Positions 28,773 to 38,517 of a stretch of 64,000 nucleotides of DNA are shown in pieces. Position 1 is the first letter of the stretch. Each line of letters begins with the position of its first letter. Location of the stretch: assembly GCA_002730525.1 (NCBI GenBank), contig PCAK01000032.1, positions 138,580 through 202,579 of the forward strand, read 5' to 3'. The notes beneath the pieces were generated by a model. The model was not told the origin of the DNA. It worked only from the letters and a program-made list of their open reading frames with translations, and did not search any database. Both the position numbers and the translations under genes were made by a program. The stretch is from Acidobacteriota bacterium (GTDB lineage: Bacteria > Acidobacteriota > Vicinamibacteria > Vicinamibacterales > UBA823).

Positions 28773-30107
28773 ATGTTCACTGGACCCCTGACCCCTCGCA
28801 CGATCCTCCGCTTCTGGGCGCCGCTGGCGGGCACCTGGCTGATGATGGCGATCGAGGGGCCTCTCATCGCGGCAATCATCGCCCGTTTGCCGGACGCGAG
28901 GGAGAATCTCGCGGCCTACGGCGTGGCATTCGCGTTCGGGCTCATCCTGGAGTCACCGGTCGTCATGCTGCTGAGTGCGGCGACGGCACTGGCGACGGAC
29001 CGGGACAGCTATCTGACGCTCCGACGGTTCGGGTACGGCCTCTGTGTGGCGCTGACGGCCGCGATCTGCGTCGTCGTCCTGCCACCGGTCTTCGAGACCC
29101 TCGCGGGGCGGCTACTCGGCCTGCCGGACGAGGTCCGCCGCCTTGCGCACGGAGCCCTCGTCTTGCTGTTACCGTGGCCGGCCGCGATCGGCTACCGGCG
29201 CTTCAAGCAGGGCCTCCTGATCCGGCATGGAATGACCGGCCGGGTCGCGTACGGCACGATGCTGCGTCTCGCCGCGATGGCGGGCACCGCGCTGGCCGTC
29301 GGCCGGCTGACCTCGGTGCCGGGCGCCTACGTTGGGACCCTCGCGCTGTCGGCGGGCGTCGTGGTCGAGGCGTTGGTCGTCGGCCGGATGGCGAGGCGCG
29401 CGGTGCGCTCGCTCGAGCAGCTCCCGGTCGGCTCGGACCAGCACCTGACGATGGGGCAGACGGCGGCGTTCTACCTGCCGCTGGCGATGACCGCGATGCT
29501 GACGATGGGCATCCAGCCGTTGGTGACGTTCTTCATGGGGCAGAGTCGGATGGCTGTCGAGTCACTCGCCGTGCTGCCCGTCATCAACGGCTTGACGTTC
29601 ATCTTCCGCTGCCTGGGGTTGTCGTTCCAGGAAGTCGGCATCACGCTGCTGGGACCACGGTTGGAGCATATCCGCCCGATCCGAGAGTTCGGCCTGCTGC
29701 TGGCGGTGGCGACGTCGTTCGGCCTCGCGATGATCGCGTTCGGGCCGCTGGCCGCCGTCTGGTTCGGTGGCATCTCCGGGCTCTCGCTGGCGCTGACCGA
29801 CTTCGCGATTCTCCCGTTGCGATTCATGGTGCCGCTGCCGGCGCTCTCGGTCGTGCTGTCGCTGCAGCGGTCGATCCTCGTGGCCACGCGGCGCACGACG
29901 TCGATCACCTGGGCGTCGATCGCGGAGATCGTGGTGATTGCGGGCATGCTCTGGATCGGCATTCACATCTTCGACGCGGTCGGTGTGATGATGGCGGCAG
30001 TCGCGCTGGTCAGTGGTCGCCTGCTGAGCACGGTGTGGCTGGTACGGCCATGCTGGCAGGCGACGGCGCCGGCCGGGGCCGCCGGCGAGGCGTCCGCCGC
30101 CGAGTGA
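28773..30107 (+). CDS. 12-TM membrane transporter, MATE/MOP-superfamily-like
   Basis: 444 aa and highly hydrophobic, with an internal two-fold repeat of six helices. The N-terminal ILRFWAPLAGTWLMMAIEGP pattern resembles MatE-type proteins. The assignment is tentative. Confidence 0.45.
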   Translation: MFTGPLTPRTILRFWAPLAGTWLMMAIEGPLIAAIIARLPDARENLAAYGVAFAFGLILESPVVMLLSAATALATDRDSYLTLRRFGYGLCVALTAAICVVVLPPVFETLAGRLLGLPDEVRRLAHGALVLLLPWPAAIGYRRFKQGLLIRHGMTGRVAYGTMLRLAAMAGTALAVGRLTSVPGAYVGTLALSAGVVVEALVVGRMARRAVRSLEQLPVGSDQHLTMGQTAAFYLPLAMTAMLTMGIQPLVTFFMGQSRMAVESLAVLPVINGLTFIFRCLGLSFQEVGITLLGPRLEHIRPIREFGLLLAVATSFGLAMIAFGPLAAVWFGGISGLSLALTDFAILPLRFMVPLPALSVVLSLQRSILVATRRTTSITWASIAEIVVIAGMLWIGIHIFDAVGVMMAAVALVSGRLLSTVWLVRPCWQATAPAGAAGEASAAE

Positions 30108-30120
30108 ATGTGAGGATCTG

Positions 30121-31662
30121 ATGGTCTTGACGTGGTGGGACGCCGTGTCGTTCGTGCTCTTTCTCGGAGCGGTCGTCGGGGTGTCGCTCTACGCATCACG
30201 ACACGAGCGAACGGAAGAGGACTACTTCCTGGCCGGCCGGGGACTCACCTGGCCCCTGATCGGCTTCTCGCTGATCGCGTCGAATATATCGACCGAGCAG
30301 TTCGTCGGCATGGCCGGATCGGGTTTCGGCCAGGCGGGGCTCGCCGTGGCGAGTTACGAATGGGTCGCCGCCGCTACCCTCGTGTTCGTGGCTCTGGTGT
30401 TGCTGCCGCGCTTTCTCAAGCTGGGGATCTACACGATGCCCGAATTCCTCGAGCATCGGTATGGTCCAGCCGCGCGCACGGTCATGGCGGTCTACATGCT
30501 GGTGGCCTACGTCGGTGTCGCGATGGCCGCCGTGCTGTACTCGGGCGCTATCGGACTGCAGGCCATTTTCGGGCTCGACCTGACCACCGGCATCTGGCTG
30601 ATCGGCGGGCTGGCCGGGGCCTACACGATCTACGGGGGCCTGAAGGCGGTGGTCTGGTCGGATCTGCTGCAGGGCGCCGCACTGCTCGTGGGCGGCGGCA
30701 TCGTCACGGTCGTCGCGCTCGAGCGGGTGGGCGGCCTGTCGGCCTTCCTGGCCGCGAACGAGGCGAAGCTGCACATGGTGCTGCCGGCAGACCATCCGGA
30801 GCTGCCCTGGACCGCGCTGCTGATCGGGATCTGGATTCCGAATCTCTTCTACTGGGGATTCAATCAGTTCATCACACAGCGGACCCTCGCCGCGCGGACC
30901 CTCGCGCAGGGGCAGCGCGGTATCGTCCTGGCCGCGGCGCTGAAGCTGGTGATCCCCTTCATCATCGTCTTTCCGGGCATCATCGCGTTTCAGCTGTACG
31001 GCGCCGAAATCGCGAACGGCGATCAGGCCTATCCAATCCTGATCAGCCGCTTGCTGCCGGCCGGGTTGCGCGGAGTGCTGTTCGCGGCGCTGTTCGGCGC
31101 CGTCATGAGCAGCCTCGATTCGATGCTCAATTCAGCGTCGACGATCTACACAATGGACGTGGTGAAGCGCTGGTGGCGACCCGACGCATCGCCGGGCGAG
31201 CTGGTGCGGACCGGCCGCGTGACGACGGCGGTCCTGGTTGTACTAGCGTGCTTGCTGGCGCCGCTGCCCGGCCGATTCGAAGGCGTGTTCCAGTACGTCC
31301 AGCTGGTCTGGGGTTTCATCTCGCCGGGCGTCGTGACCGTCTTCCTGGTTGGGCTGCTGGCCCCGCGCGTGCCCGCCGTGGCGGCGACGGCGGCGCTGCT
31401 GCTCGGGGTGCCGACCTACGGCGGGCTGCTCTGGGCGCTGCCCGAGGTCGCCTTCCTGAATCATATGGCGATCACGGCCGCGCTGTTGACGCTCGTCATG
31501 GCGGTGGTGACGTCGGTCACGCCCCGCTCGACGCCGTGGCGGCTTCAGGCGATCGGGGACGCTGATGGCGGCGTGGTCGACACGACCCCCGATCCGATCG
31601 CGCGCGGTGTCGGCGCGGTGGTGGTGGCCGCGACGATCGGTCTCTACGTGGTGTTCTGGTAG
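30121..31662 (+). CDS. sodium:solute symporter (SSS/SGLT family)
   Basis: YFLAGRGLTWPLIGFSLIASNISTEQFVGMAGSG is the canonical SSS N-terminal signature. 513 aa with about 13 TM helices. Confidence 0.85.
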   Translation: MVLTWWDAVSFVLFLGAVVGVSLYASRHERTEEDYFLAGRGLTWPLIGFSLIASNISTEQFVGMAGSGFGQAGLAVASYEWVAAATLVFVALVLLPRFLKLGIYTMPEFLEHRYGPAARTVMAVYMLVAYVGVAMAAVLYSGAIGLQAIFGLDLTTGIWLIGGLAGAYTIYGGLKAVVWSDLLQGAALLVGGGIVTVVALERVGGLSAFLAANEAKLHMVLPADHPELPWTALLIGIWIPNLFYWGFNQFITQRTLAARTLAQGQRGIVLAAALKLVIPFIIVFPGIIAFQLYGAEIANGDQAYPILISRLLPAGLRGVLFAALFGAVMSSLDSMLNSASTIYTMDVVKRWWRPDASPGELVRTGRVTTAVLVVLACLLAPLPGRFEGVFQYVQLVWGFISPGVVTVFLVGLLAPRVPAVAATAALLLGVPTYGGLLWALPEVAFLNHMAITAALLTLVMAVVTSVTPRSTPWRLQAIGDADGGVVDTTPDPIARGVGAVVVAATIGLYVVFW

Positions 31663-31665
31663 GCG

Positions 31666-32484
31666 TTAGAACTGATACGCATCGCGCAGCGAGGCACCGC
31701 GCGCGAGGGCCGCGCGCGTCGCGTCTTCCTTGCCCTGCAGTTCCTCGACGAGCCGCGCGACCTCGTCGATCGCCTCGACCGGGACGACCAGGGCGCCGTC
31801 CACATCGGCGGCCACCAGATCGCCCGGCCGGATGACGGCCCCACCGCACGTGACCGGCACGTTGGCGGCCACCGGATGGATGGCCGCGCCGGGGCCGTAC
31901 AGGACCGTTCCCGTCGAGAAGAGCGGCAAGTCCAGGCGGCCGATCGCTTCGATGTCGCGGCACCCGCTGTCGGTGACGATTCCCGCCAGGCCACGCTGGC
32001 GGCAGGCGACCACGATCAACTCACCGAGCATGCTCACCCGCTCGGTCGTCCCGCTCTCGATCACCCAGACCGACCCGGCCGGGGCGGCGTCGACCGGGTC
32101 GAAGACGAAGCGGCGGATGTCGTCCGCGGACCCGCCTCTACCCGGCGCGTACTGCGTCGTCACCGCCGGCCCGATCATCGTTCCCTCGGTGGCCACCGTG
32201 GCGCGGATGTCGTGGGCGAGCGTGAACCGCGCGCGGTCATGGCCGAGGCGCGTTAGCGCGTCGCACAGCAGCGTCGCGGAAACACCCCGCAGCCGCTCGC
32301 CCCCCGCAGGCTGGGCCGTCAGGGTCCCACTCGTACTCGGCGCGCCCTCGACCGGCCGGACCCGGCCCTCCGCGGTCAACGGTACGGCCGCCGCGGCACC
32401 GAGGCCGAGAAACATCCGTCGGCTCAGGTGGCCATCAGGCGCGGCGTCGGCATCGTCAGGTCGAGCGGTCTGTGGAGTCGTCAT
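31666..32484 (-). CDS. RraA-family (RraA / HMG-CHA aldolase-like) protein with a twin-arginine signal peptide
   Basis: SRRMFLGLGAAAAVPL Tat-type motif. The core GELIVVACRQRGLAGIVTDSGCRDIE ... GDLVAADVDGALVVP is typical of the RraA/demethylmenaquinone-methyltransferase-like family. Confidence 0.7.
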   Translation of the reverse strand: MTTPQTARPDDADAAPDGHLSRRMFLGLGAAAAVPLTAEGRVRPVEGAPSTSGTLTAQPAGGERLRGVSATLLCDALTRLGHDRARFTLAHDIRATVATEGTMIGPAVTTQYAPGRGGSADDIRRFVFDPVDAAPAGSVWVIESGTTERVSMLGELIVVACRQRGLAGIVTDSGCRDIEAIGRLDLPLFSTGTVLYGPGAAIHPVAANVPVTCGGAVIRPGDLVAADVDGALVVPVEAIDEVARLVEELQGKEDATRAALARGASLRDAYQF

Positions 32485-32514
32485 CAGGATCCCTTCGTCT
32501 GCGCGGGTTCGAGG

Positions 32515-33045
32515 TCAAGGCGCGATCAGCCGCTCGATTTCCTCTTCGCTGTAGCTCAGCAGCCGGCCGAAGCGGCGCGCAATGTCGGCCCGCGGATCGT
32601 CCGCGTAGCGCCCGTCGGCGATGAGCGCGTCACGGTCAGCCTTGATCGCGTCGTACTCGGCCTTCACGGGATCGCGGTAGATCAACAGGACCTCCTTACC
32701 CTCGGTCAACGCCGCGGGGAAGAGGTCGGTCACGAGGAAGTCCGTCTCGTGGTAGAGGAACACGTTGTGGCGCTCGGCGATGCGCTCGGCTTCCGGGCGG
32801 AGCCGAGCCATGTACTCGGGGTCGACGGCCGCACTCAATGCGAGGCGCTTCGCCCCGAGTTCGACAACTTCCGAGAACGCCCCGATGACACCGAGGTCAT
32901 AGGACCACTGATCGATGGCAGTGACGTCGGCTTCGCCGCCGGCGGCCTCGGGGACGACGGGCTCTGGCGCGGGTGCCGCGCACCCGCCGGAGAGGACGAG
33001 GATGGCGATGGCGATGACGATGACGAAGGTCGAGACTCGATGCAT
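32515..33045 (-). CDS. hypothetical lipoprotein
   Basis: MHRVSTFVIVIAIAILVLSGGC lipobox and coding-type GC3. I recognise no family. Confidence 0.55.
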   Translation of the reverse strand: MHRVSTFVIVIAIAILVLSGGCAAPAPEPVVPEAAGGEADVTAIDQWSYDLGVIGAFSEVVELGAKRLALSAAVDPEYMARLRPEAERIAERHNVFLYHETDFLVTDLFPAALTEGKEVLLIYRDPVKAEYDAIKADRDALIADGRYADDPRADIARRFGRLLSYSEEEIERLIAP

Positions 33046-33088
33046 GAGGAACTCCTCGTGGGAGGCGCGAGTGGCCCGACGGCGCGAT

Positions 33089-33736
33089 CTACGGCTCGAC
33101 CGGCCGTCGGAACAGGATGCAGTAGGCATTGCCGAACCAGTCGTCGATCACCTGTTCGACGGCGAACCCGGCGGTCTTCATCTCGGCGATCAGGGTTTCC
33201 TGCGCCAGCCCGTGGCCGCTCAGTTGCTCGGGCGTGCCCTCGGCGAAATCAATCACCGCCATCCGGCCGCCCGGCCTGAGGTTTTCGACCAGGCCGCCGG
33301 CGATCGTCTCGCGATCGGGGAAGTCGTGATAGACGCCGCGTAGCAAGATGGCGTCGCAGCAGTTGAGCGGTAGGCGTTGCGACGTGCCGGTCGTGCGGCC
33401 AATGACGTTGACATTGTCGATCTCCGCCTCGGCCAACGCCTGAAAGATCTCGTGTGCGGGATTGTTCGGGCTGACCGTGGCGAAGATACGCCCCGATTGG
33501 CCGACGCGCTTGGCCATGTCGACGGTCCAGCCGCCACTGCCGGCCCGGACGTCCGCGACGATGAGGCCGGGGCGCAGCTGCAGGACCTCGGCAATCCGAT
33601 CGGCTTCCTCGCGAAAGCCCAGGCCCTCGTCGTACTGGAGTAGCAGCCAGCCGGCGCCGAGTCCGGCGCCGAGGATGACGACGAACGCGGCCGCGACACG
33701 AACGGAGGTCAGTCGAACGATATCGAGAATGGTCAC
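33089..33736 (-). CDS. class I SAM-dependent methyltransferase with N-terminal membrane anchor
   Basis: VADVRAGSGGWT (motif I) and LRPGGRMAVIDF. The GTG at 33736 is preceded by GGGAGA. The longer ORF to 33910 would overlap the divergent CBS gene. Confidence 0.7.
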   Translation of the reverse strand: MTILDIVRLTSVRVAAAFVVILGAGLGAGWLLLQYDEGLGFREEADRIAEVLQLRPGLIVADVRAGSGGWTVDMAKRVGQSGRIFATVSPNNPAHEIFQALAEAEIDNVNVIGRTTGTSQRLPLNCCDAILLRGVYHDFPDRETIAGGLVENLRPGGRMAVIDFAEGTPEQLSGHGLAQETLIAEMKTAGFAVEQVIDDWFGNAYCILFRRPVEP

Positions 33737-33851
33737 CGGAGGTTCTCCCACGCCGGGTGTGAACCGGCTGCGCAAATGATACACCGAGGCGCGGCGCACG
33801 GTATGATCGGGCCCGGTCGCCCGAGCCCGCCGCCCGATCCTGGAGGCCCCG

Positions 33852-35267
33852 ATGCTCGCCAACGCCTGTTCCACGATTCTGGATGCCATCGGCCACACGC
33901 CGCTCGTCAAGCTGAATCGAGTGGCGCGTGACGTCGACGCCGCGATCTACGTCAAGTGCGAGTACATGAACCCCGGCGGGTCCATGAAGGACCGGATGAC
34001 GCTGAACATGGTCGACCAGGCCGAGACCCGCGGCGACCTGACTCCCGGCGGGACGATCATCGAGGCCACGAGTGGGAATACGGGCGCCGGCCTGGCGATG
34101 ATCGCGGCGGTCCGCGGGTATCACTGCGTGTTCGTCATGCCCGACAAGATGTCCACCGAGAAGATCGCCTCGCTGAAGGCGTTCGGGGCTCGAGTGGTTG
34201 TCTGTCCGACCGCGGTCGAGCCGGAGGATCCCCGAAGCTACTATTCCGTCGCGAAGAAGCTGCACGCCGACACGCCGAATTCGTTCTATGCCAACCAGTA
34301 CCACAACCAGGACAACCCGGGCGGGCACTATCTGTCGACGGGACCCGAGATCTGGGAGCAGACCGAAGGGAAGATCGATGTCTTCGTCGCGGGGATGGGC
34401 ACAGGCGGCACGATGGCGGGGACCGGACGCTACCTCAAAGAGCAGAAGCCTTCGATCCAGCTCGTCGGCGTCGATCCCGTCGGCTCGCTCTACTACGACT
34501 TCGTGAAGAGCCAGCGGATCACCAAGGCGTTCACCTACAAGGTGGAGGGGATCGGCGAGGATTTCTTCCCGACGACCTTCGATCCGAAGTGGATCGACGA
34601 CATCGTCCGCGTCGACGATAAGGAGTGCTTCCTGATGGCCCGCGACCTGGTGCGGCTCGAGGGGCTCTATGCCGGCGGCTCGGCGGGCGCGGCCGTGGCC
34701 GGAGCGGTGAAGTTCGCCCGGCAGGCGCACAAACGCCAGAACATCGTCGTGCTGCTACCGGACGGGGCCGCGAAGTATCTCTCGAAGGTGTTCAACGACG
34801 AGTGGCTGCGGGAGAACGGGTTTCTCGAGGACGAGTGGGGGCTCGGCACCGTGGCCGATCTGCTGGCGCACCGGCCGGCCAAGGTGATCACGGCGAAGGC
34901 GGGCGACCGCGTGCGTGACGTGATCGCCAAGATGAAATCGCGCGGGATCTCGCAGCTGCCGGTCCTGTCACGTGGCACCTTGCTGGGCGCCGTGGCCGAG
35001 GTCGACCTGTTGCGGTATCTCGCCGCGGGTGAGCACTCGCTGGACACGCGCGTCGACGCCCTGGTCGAGAGCGACTACGCGACGGTCTCGTCGCAGACCC
35101 GGATCGAGTTGGTGCAGAACCTCCTGGCCGATACGCGGATGGCGATCGTGCTCGAGGGTGACGACCTGATCGGGGTCATCACGAAGATCGACCTGATTAC
35201 GTATCTGGCGCGCCCCATGCTGCGGCGGTCAGCGGCTCGAACGGGGCGGAAGCGACGAAAGAACTAG
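33852..35267 (+). CDS. cystathionine beta-synthase (PLP CysK-fold domain + C-terminal CBS pair)
   Basis: NPGGSMKDR PLP-lysine motif, TSGNTGAGLA, GTGGTMAG, and a C-terminal tandem CBS domain (ISQLPVL..., IGVITKIDL). Confidence 0.85.
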   Translation: MLANACSTILDAIGHTPLVKLNRVARDVDAAIYVKCEYMNPGGSMKDRMTLNMVDQAETRGDLTPGGTIIEATSGNTGAGLAMIAAVRGYHCVFVMPDKMSTEKIASLKAFGARVVVCPTAVEPEDPRSYYSVAKKLHADTPNSFYANQYHNQDNPGGHYLSTGPEIWEQTEGKIDVFVAGMGTGGTMAGTGRYLKEQKPSIQLVGVDPVGSLYYDFVKSQRITKAFTYKVEGIGEDFFPTTFDPKWIDDIVRVDDKECFLMARDLVRLEGLYAGGSAGAAVAGAVKFARQAHKRQNIVVLLPDGAAKYLSKVFNDEWLRENGFLEDEWGLGTVADLLAHRPAKVITAKAGDRVRDVIAKMKSRGISQLPVLSRGTLLGAVAEVDLLRYLAAGEHSLDTRVDALVESDYATVSSQTRIELVQNLLADTRMAIVLEGDDLIGVITKIDLITYLARPMLRRSAARTGRKRRKN

Positions 35268-35277
35268 CGGCTCGCGC

Positions 35278-36669
35278 CTACCGAGTGGTGTACACGACCC
35301 GCCCACCGACGACCGTCATGACGACGCCGACTGTCGGCAGGTCGCGCGGGTCGCTTGCGAAGATGTCCGCATCGAGCATGACGAGGTCGGCCAGCTTGCC
35401 GACCGTGACGGAGCCCTTCTCGGACTCCTGAAATTCGGCGTAGGCCGAGCCGAGCGTGTAGGCCTCCACCGCGTCCTCCAGCGTGAGCTTCTGCGCGGGC
35501 ATCCAGCCGTCGGGGTGCCAGCCGTCGAGCGTCGCGCGGGTGACCGCGGCGTGCAACGTCAGCATCGGGTCGAGCGGCCCGGCGTCCCAGTCCGTCCCCA
35601 GTGCCAGCCGGGCCCCACGGTCGAGCAAGGTCTGGTAGGCATAGCTCCCCCGGGCGCGCTCGGACCCGATGCGCTCTTCCGCCCAGCGGCCGTCGTCGAT
35701 TGCCTGGTAGGGCTGCACCGAGGCGACGACCTCCAGTTCGGCGAGCCGGTCGAAGTCGGCATCCACGAGATGTTGAGCGTGCTCGATCCTGAGGCGCCGA
35801 TCGCGCGTCGGATCGACGGCCGACAGTTCCTCATAGAGGTCGAGTGCCATCGACACGCCCCGGTCGCCGACGGCGTGGAGCGCGATCTGGAGGCCGGACG
35901 CGTCGGCTGACGAGAGTCGAGTCCGGGCATCCTCGAACGGGGTGAACTCCTCGGTGAGCATTCCGGTCGACCCGGGAGCGTCGCCGTAGGGCTCGAAGAA
36001 CAGTGCTGTAGACGATTGCAGCGTGCCGTCGACGTAGCCTTTCAGCGCGCCGAGGCGGAGGAACGCGCTGCCGAAGCCCCGGCGGATCCCGACGTTGGCC
36101 TGATCCTGCCAGTCGGTCTCCATCGGTGCCAGGTAGAGCCTGAGCGTCAGGGCGTCCTCGGCCGCGAGTTCCATAAAGAGCGCGGCGTCCTCGGCCGTCG
36201 TGCCCATGTCGGTGGCGCTGGTGACGCCCAGGCGGGCGGCGTGGGCGAGCGCTAGCTCGGCTGCGGGGCGGCGCGCCTCGGGGGATGCCGCTTCCGCGAG
36301 CTGCCCGTTCAGGAGTCGCCGGCCGGCTTGCATCAGGTGGATGTGCGCGTCGTTGAACCCCGGGAGGACCAGCTGGCCGGCGCCGTCGACGACCGAGGTG
36401 TCGGGACCCTGCCACGCGGCGATCTCGTCGTTGGATCCGACGGCGACGATGCGCGCGCCGATGATCGCGATGGCCTCGGCGCGCGGCTGGTCCGGGTCGA
36501 CCGTCCAGACCGTGGCGTTCGTGATCAGGACGTCTGCCGCCGGGGCAGGCACGCTGGTCCCGCAGGCACCAGCAGCCAGGGTCGCGAGGAGGCCGAGGGT
36601 AGTCAAGGCGCCGCGCCGGGCCGGCGCGAGCGGCCGCTCACGTGCGGGCTCGAGGGTGGCGTGACGCAT
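35278..36669 (-). CDS. amidohydrolase-3 (YtcJ-like) metal-dependent hydrolase, lipoprotein
   Basis: Signal/lipobox LLATLAAGAC. GFNDAHIHL metal site, HAVGD, IEHAQ, LGTDW, and a C-terminal GSVTVGKLADLVMLD motif. Confidence 0.8.
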   Translation of the reverse strand: MRHATLEPARERPLAPARRGALTTLGLLATLAAGACGTSVPAPAADVLITNATVWTVDPDQPRAEAIAIIGARIVAVGSNDEIAAWQGPDTSVVDGAGQLVLPGFNDAHIHLMQAGRRLLNGQLAEAASPEARRPAAELALAHAARLGVTSATDMGTTAEDAALFMELAAEDALTLRLYLAPMETDWQDQANVGIRRGFGSAFLRLGALKGYVDGTLQSSTALFFEPYGDAPGSTGMLTEEFTPFEDARTRLSSADASGLQIALHAVGDRGVSMALDLYEELSAVDPTRDRRLRIEHAQHLVDADFDRLAELEVVASVQPYQAIDDGRWAEERIGSERARGSYAYQTLLDRGARLALGTDWDAGPLDPMLTLHAAVTRATLDGWHPDGWMPAQKLTLEDAVEAYTLGSAYAEFQESEKGSVTVGKLADLVMLDADIFASDPRDLPTVGVVMTVVGGRVVYTTR

Positions 36670-36765
36670 GGCGGCGAGGAACCGCCCGAGTGTACCACGA
36701 GCGACCGGCGTCAGCAGCGGTGCGGTGTAGACTGAGGTCGATATCGAAGCTTCCGATGCGGCTAC

Positions 36766-36959
36766 TGCAGACGATCGCCAACAGTCTCGGCGCGTTCGAA
36801 GAGGACCTGAAGGGCTCCCTCGAAGTCGGCAAGCTGGCCGACATCGTCGTGCTGTCGCGCGACATCATGACGATCCCCGCTCAGGAGATTCTCGAGACTG
36901 AGGTCGTGATGACCATCCTCGGCGGGCGCGTCGTGCACGAGGCTACGACCCGGGACTGA
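36766..36959 (+). pseudogene. orphan C-terminal fragment of a second amidohydrolase-3 family gene
   Basis: ...NSLGAFEEDLKGSLEVGKLADIVVLSRDIMTIPAQEILETEVVMTILGGRVVHE matches only the last ~65 aa of YtcJ-like enzymes. No N-terminal catalytic domain is present upstream. Confidence 0.7.
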
Positions 36960-36966
36960 GCGGCCG

Positions 36967-37920
36967 TCAGTTGGCGAGGTAGGCCGGCGCCAGGACCAGG
37001 CCGGCCATGTAGACGGCGTAGAGTCCGAGCAAGAGTGTTCCCCCCGGGCGTGCCAGCGTCCCGCGCCGGCCCAGCATCAGGATGATCGCCGCGAAGAACA
37101 CTGCCAGCCAGGGGTAGGAGTACCACTGCGTGAACGCCGACAGGTTGAGGGGCCGGATGGTGCTCGACATCCCAATGATAAGTCCAAGGTTGAGCAGGTT
37201 GGCGCCGACGATGTTGCCAATCGACAGGTCGGCGGCACCTCTCCGGGCGGCCGCGATGCCGGTGACGAGTTCGGGCAGCGATGTGCCGATGGCAACGACG
37301 GACAGGCCGATGATCACCGAGGGCACGCCGAGGGCCGACGCGATCTCGATGCCGGACGTGACCAGCAGCCGGCTGCCGACGATGACCAGCAGGGCGCCGG
37401 CCAGGAACCACCAGGCCGAAGGGCCGAGACGCTCACCGGCGGGCTCGCGGCTGTCGATGGCGTCGGTCTGTCGAGCGCGAATGCTGCGATAGTCGCCGTA
37501 CAGATAGACCGCGGTGAACAGCAGCAGAAAGGCGCCGGTCGTCTGGCCGATCGTCCGGTTCCACGAGAACGCCATGACGAGCAGTCCGGCGACCGCCATC
37601 CAACGGGCACGCCGGCGGAAGTCCGCGAGGTCGACGGTGATCGGTGCGATGAGCGCCACGGCGCCGACGATCAGGCCGATGTTGGCGATGCACGAGCCGA
37701 CGGCGTTGCCGATGGCGATCCCCGAGTCGCCCATGACGCTGGCGGTTACCGAGACGACTAGTTCCGGCGTGGTCGTCGCCAGGCTGACGATGGTGCCGCC
37801 GACGACGATGCGTGGAATGCGAAGCACCTTGGCAATCGTGATGCTGGCGTCCACGAAGAGGTCGCCTCCCTTGGCGACGAGGGCGAGGCCGCCCAAGAGG
37901 GCGACGATATCGTAGAGCAT
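36967..37920 (-). CDS. calcium/sodium antiporter (CaCA family, YrbG-like)
   Basis: Two alpha-repeats (GNAVGSCIANIGLIVG and GNIVGANLLNLGLIIG) and SLATTTPEL / GTSLPEL motifs. The start is the ATG at 37920. Confidence 0.85.
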   Translation of the reverse strand: MLYDIVALLGGLALVAKGGDLFVDASITIAKVLRIPRIVVGGTIVSLATTTPELVVSVTASVMGDSGIAIGNAVGSCIANIGLIVGAVALIAPITVDLADFRRRARWMAVAGLLVMAFSWNRTIGQTTGAFLLLFTAVYLYGDYRSIRARQTDAIDSREPAGERLGPSAWWFLAGALLVIVGSRLLVTSGIEIASALGVPSVIIGLSVVAIGTSLPELVTGIAAARRGAADLSIGNIVGANLLNLGLIIGMSSTIRPLNLSAFTQWYSYPWLAVFFAAIILMLGRRGTLARPGGTLLLGLYAVYMAGLVLAPAYLAN

Positions 37921-38016
37921 CAGGTCGGGCAGTGTACCGGACGCCAGGGTCGGCGGCAAACCGCGGCAGACCATCGCCGCGCTATAATGCACGCCGGATC
38001 GCGGAGCCGTTGACGG

Positions 38017-38505
38017 ATGATCTCCATTACGCGTCGTGTTGTGGCCATGTGGGTCTGCCTGATGGTGGGGTGGGGCGGCACGGCGCCGGTGTTGGCGCAG
38101 CGCGTAGCCTCGCCGGGCTCCGGTGCGGCATCACTGAGTGTCGGGAGCCTCGAGCGCGTGCGCCGTCTGGCGTTCAGCGCAGAGCCGATCGTCAAGGAGC
38201 AGCGAATCGAGGTGGCCGCGTCGCGGGCGGCGCTGCAGCAGGCCCAGGACGCACCGGCGCCGGCGGCGGAGCCGCCGTCTGGCGGTGGGAAGGGTGGCGC
38301 GATTGCGGCGCTGATCATGGGGGCGGCGTTGTTCGGCTGGTTGATCATGCGGGGACCGCCGACCGGGGTCGATGCGGTGCCGCTGCCGGACGAACGGAAG
38401 CCGGGGGAGCGCGTCGAGAGCGAGGAATTCGTCGACTACGCGATCTTCGCGGGCGCCGTCACGTTGCTCGGCACCGGCGCCGTGATGCTGCTGGCCGGGT
38501 CGTAG
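38017..38505 (+). CDS. hypothetical exported/membrane protein
   Basis: Signal peptide (VAMWVCLMVGWGGTAPVLAQ) and two C-terminal hydrophobic helices. No family recognised. Confidence 0.5.
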   Translation: MISITRRVVAMWVCLMVGWGGTAPVLAQRVASPGSGAASLSVGSLERVRRLAFSAEPIVKEQRIEVAASRAALQQAQDAPAPAAEPPSGGGKGGAIAALIMGAALFGWLIMRGPPTGVDAVPLPDERKPGERVESEEFVDYAIFAGAVTLLGTGAVMLLAGS

Positions 38506-38517
38506 CGGCGTGGGAAC

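Noticed and set aside
35278-36669. A possible in-frame internal deletion of ~100 aa in the intact amidohydrolase. The segment between GFNDAHIHL and ...ARLGVTSATDMG seems short compared with YtcJ-like enzymes.
   Set aside because: This cannot be established without an alignment. The ORF is intact, retains the metal-binding motifs, and shorter subfamilies exist. It is left as a normal CDS.
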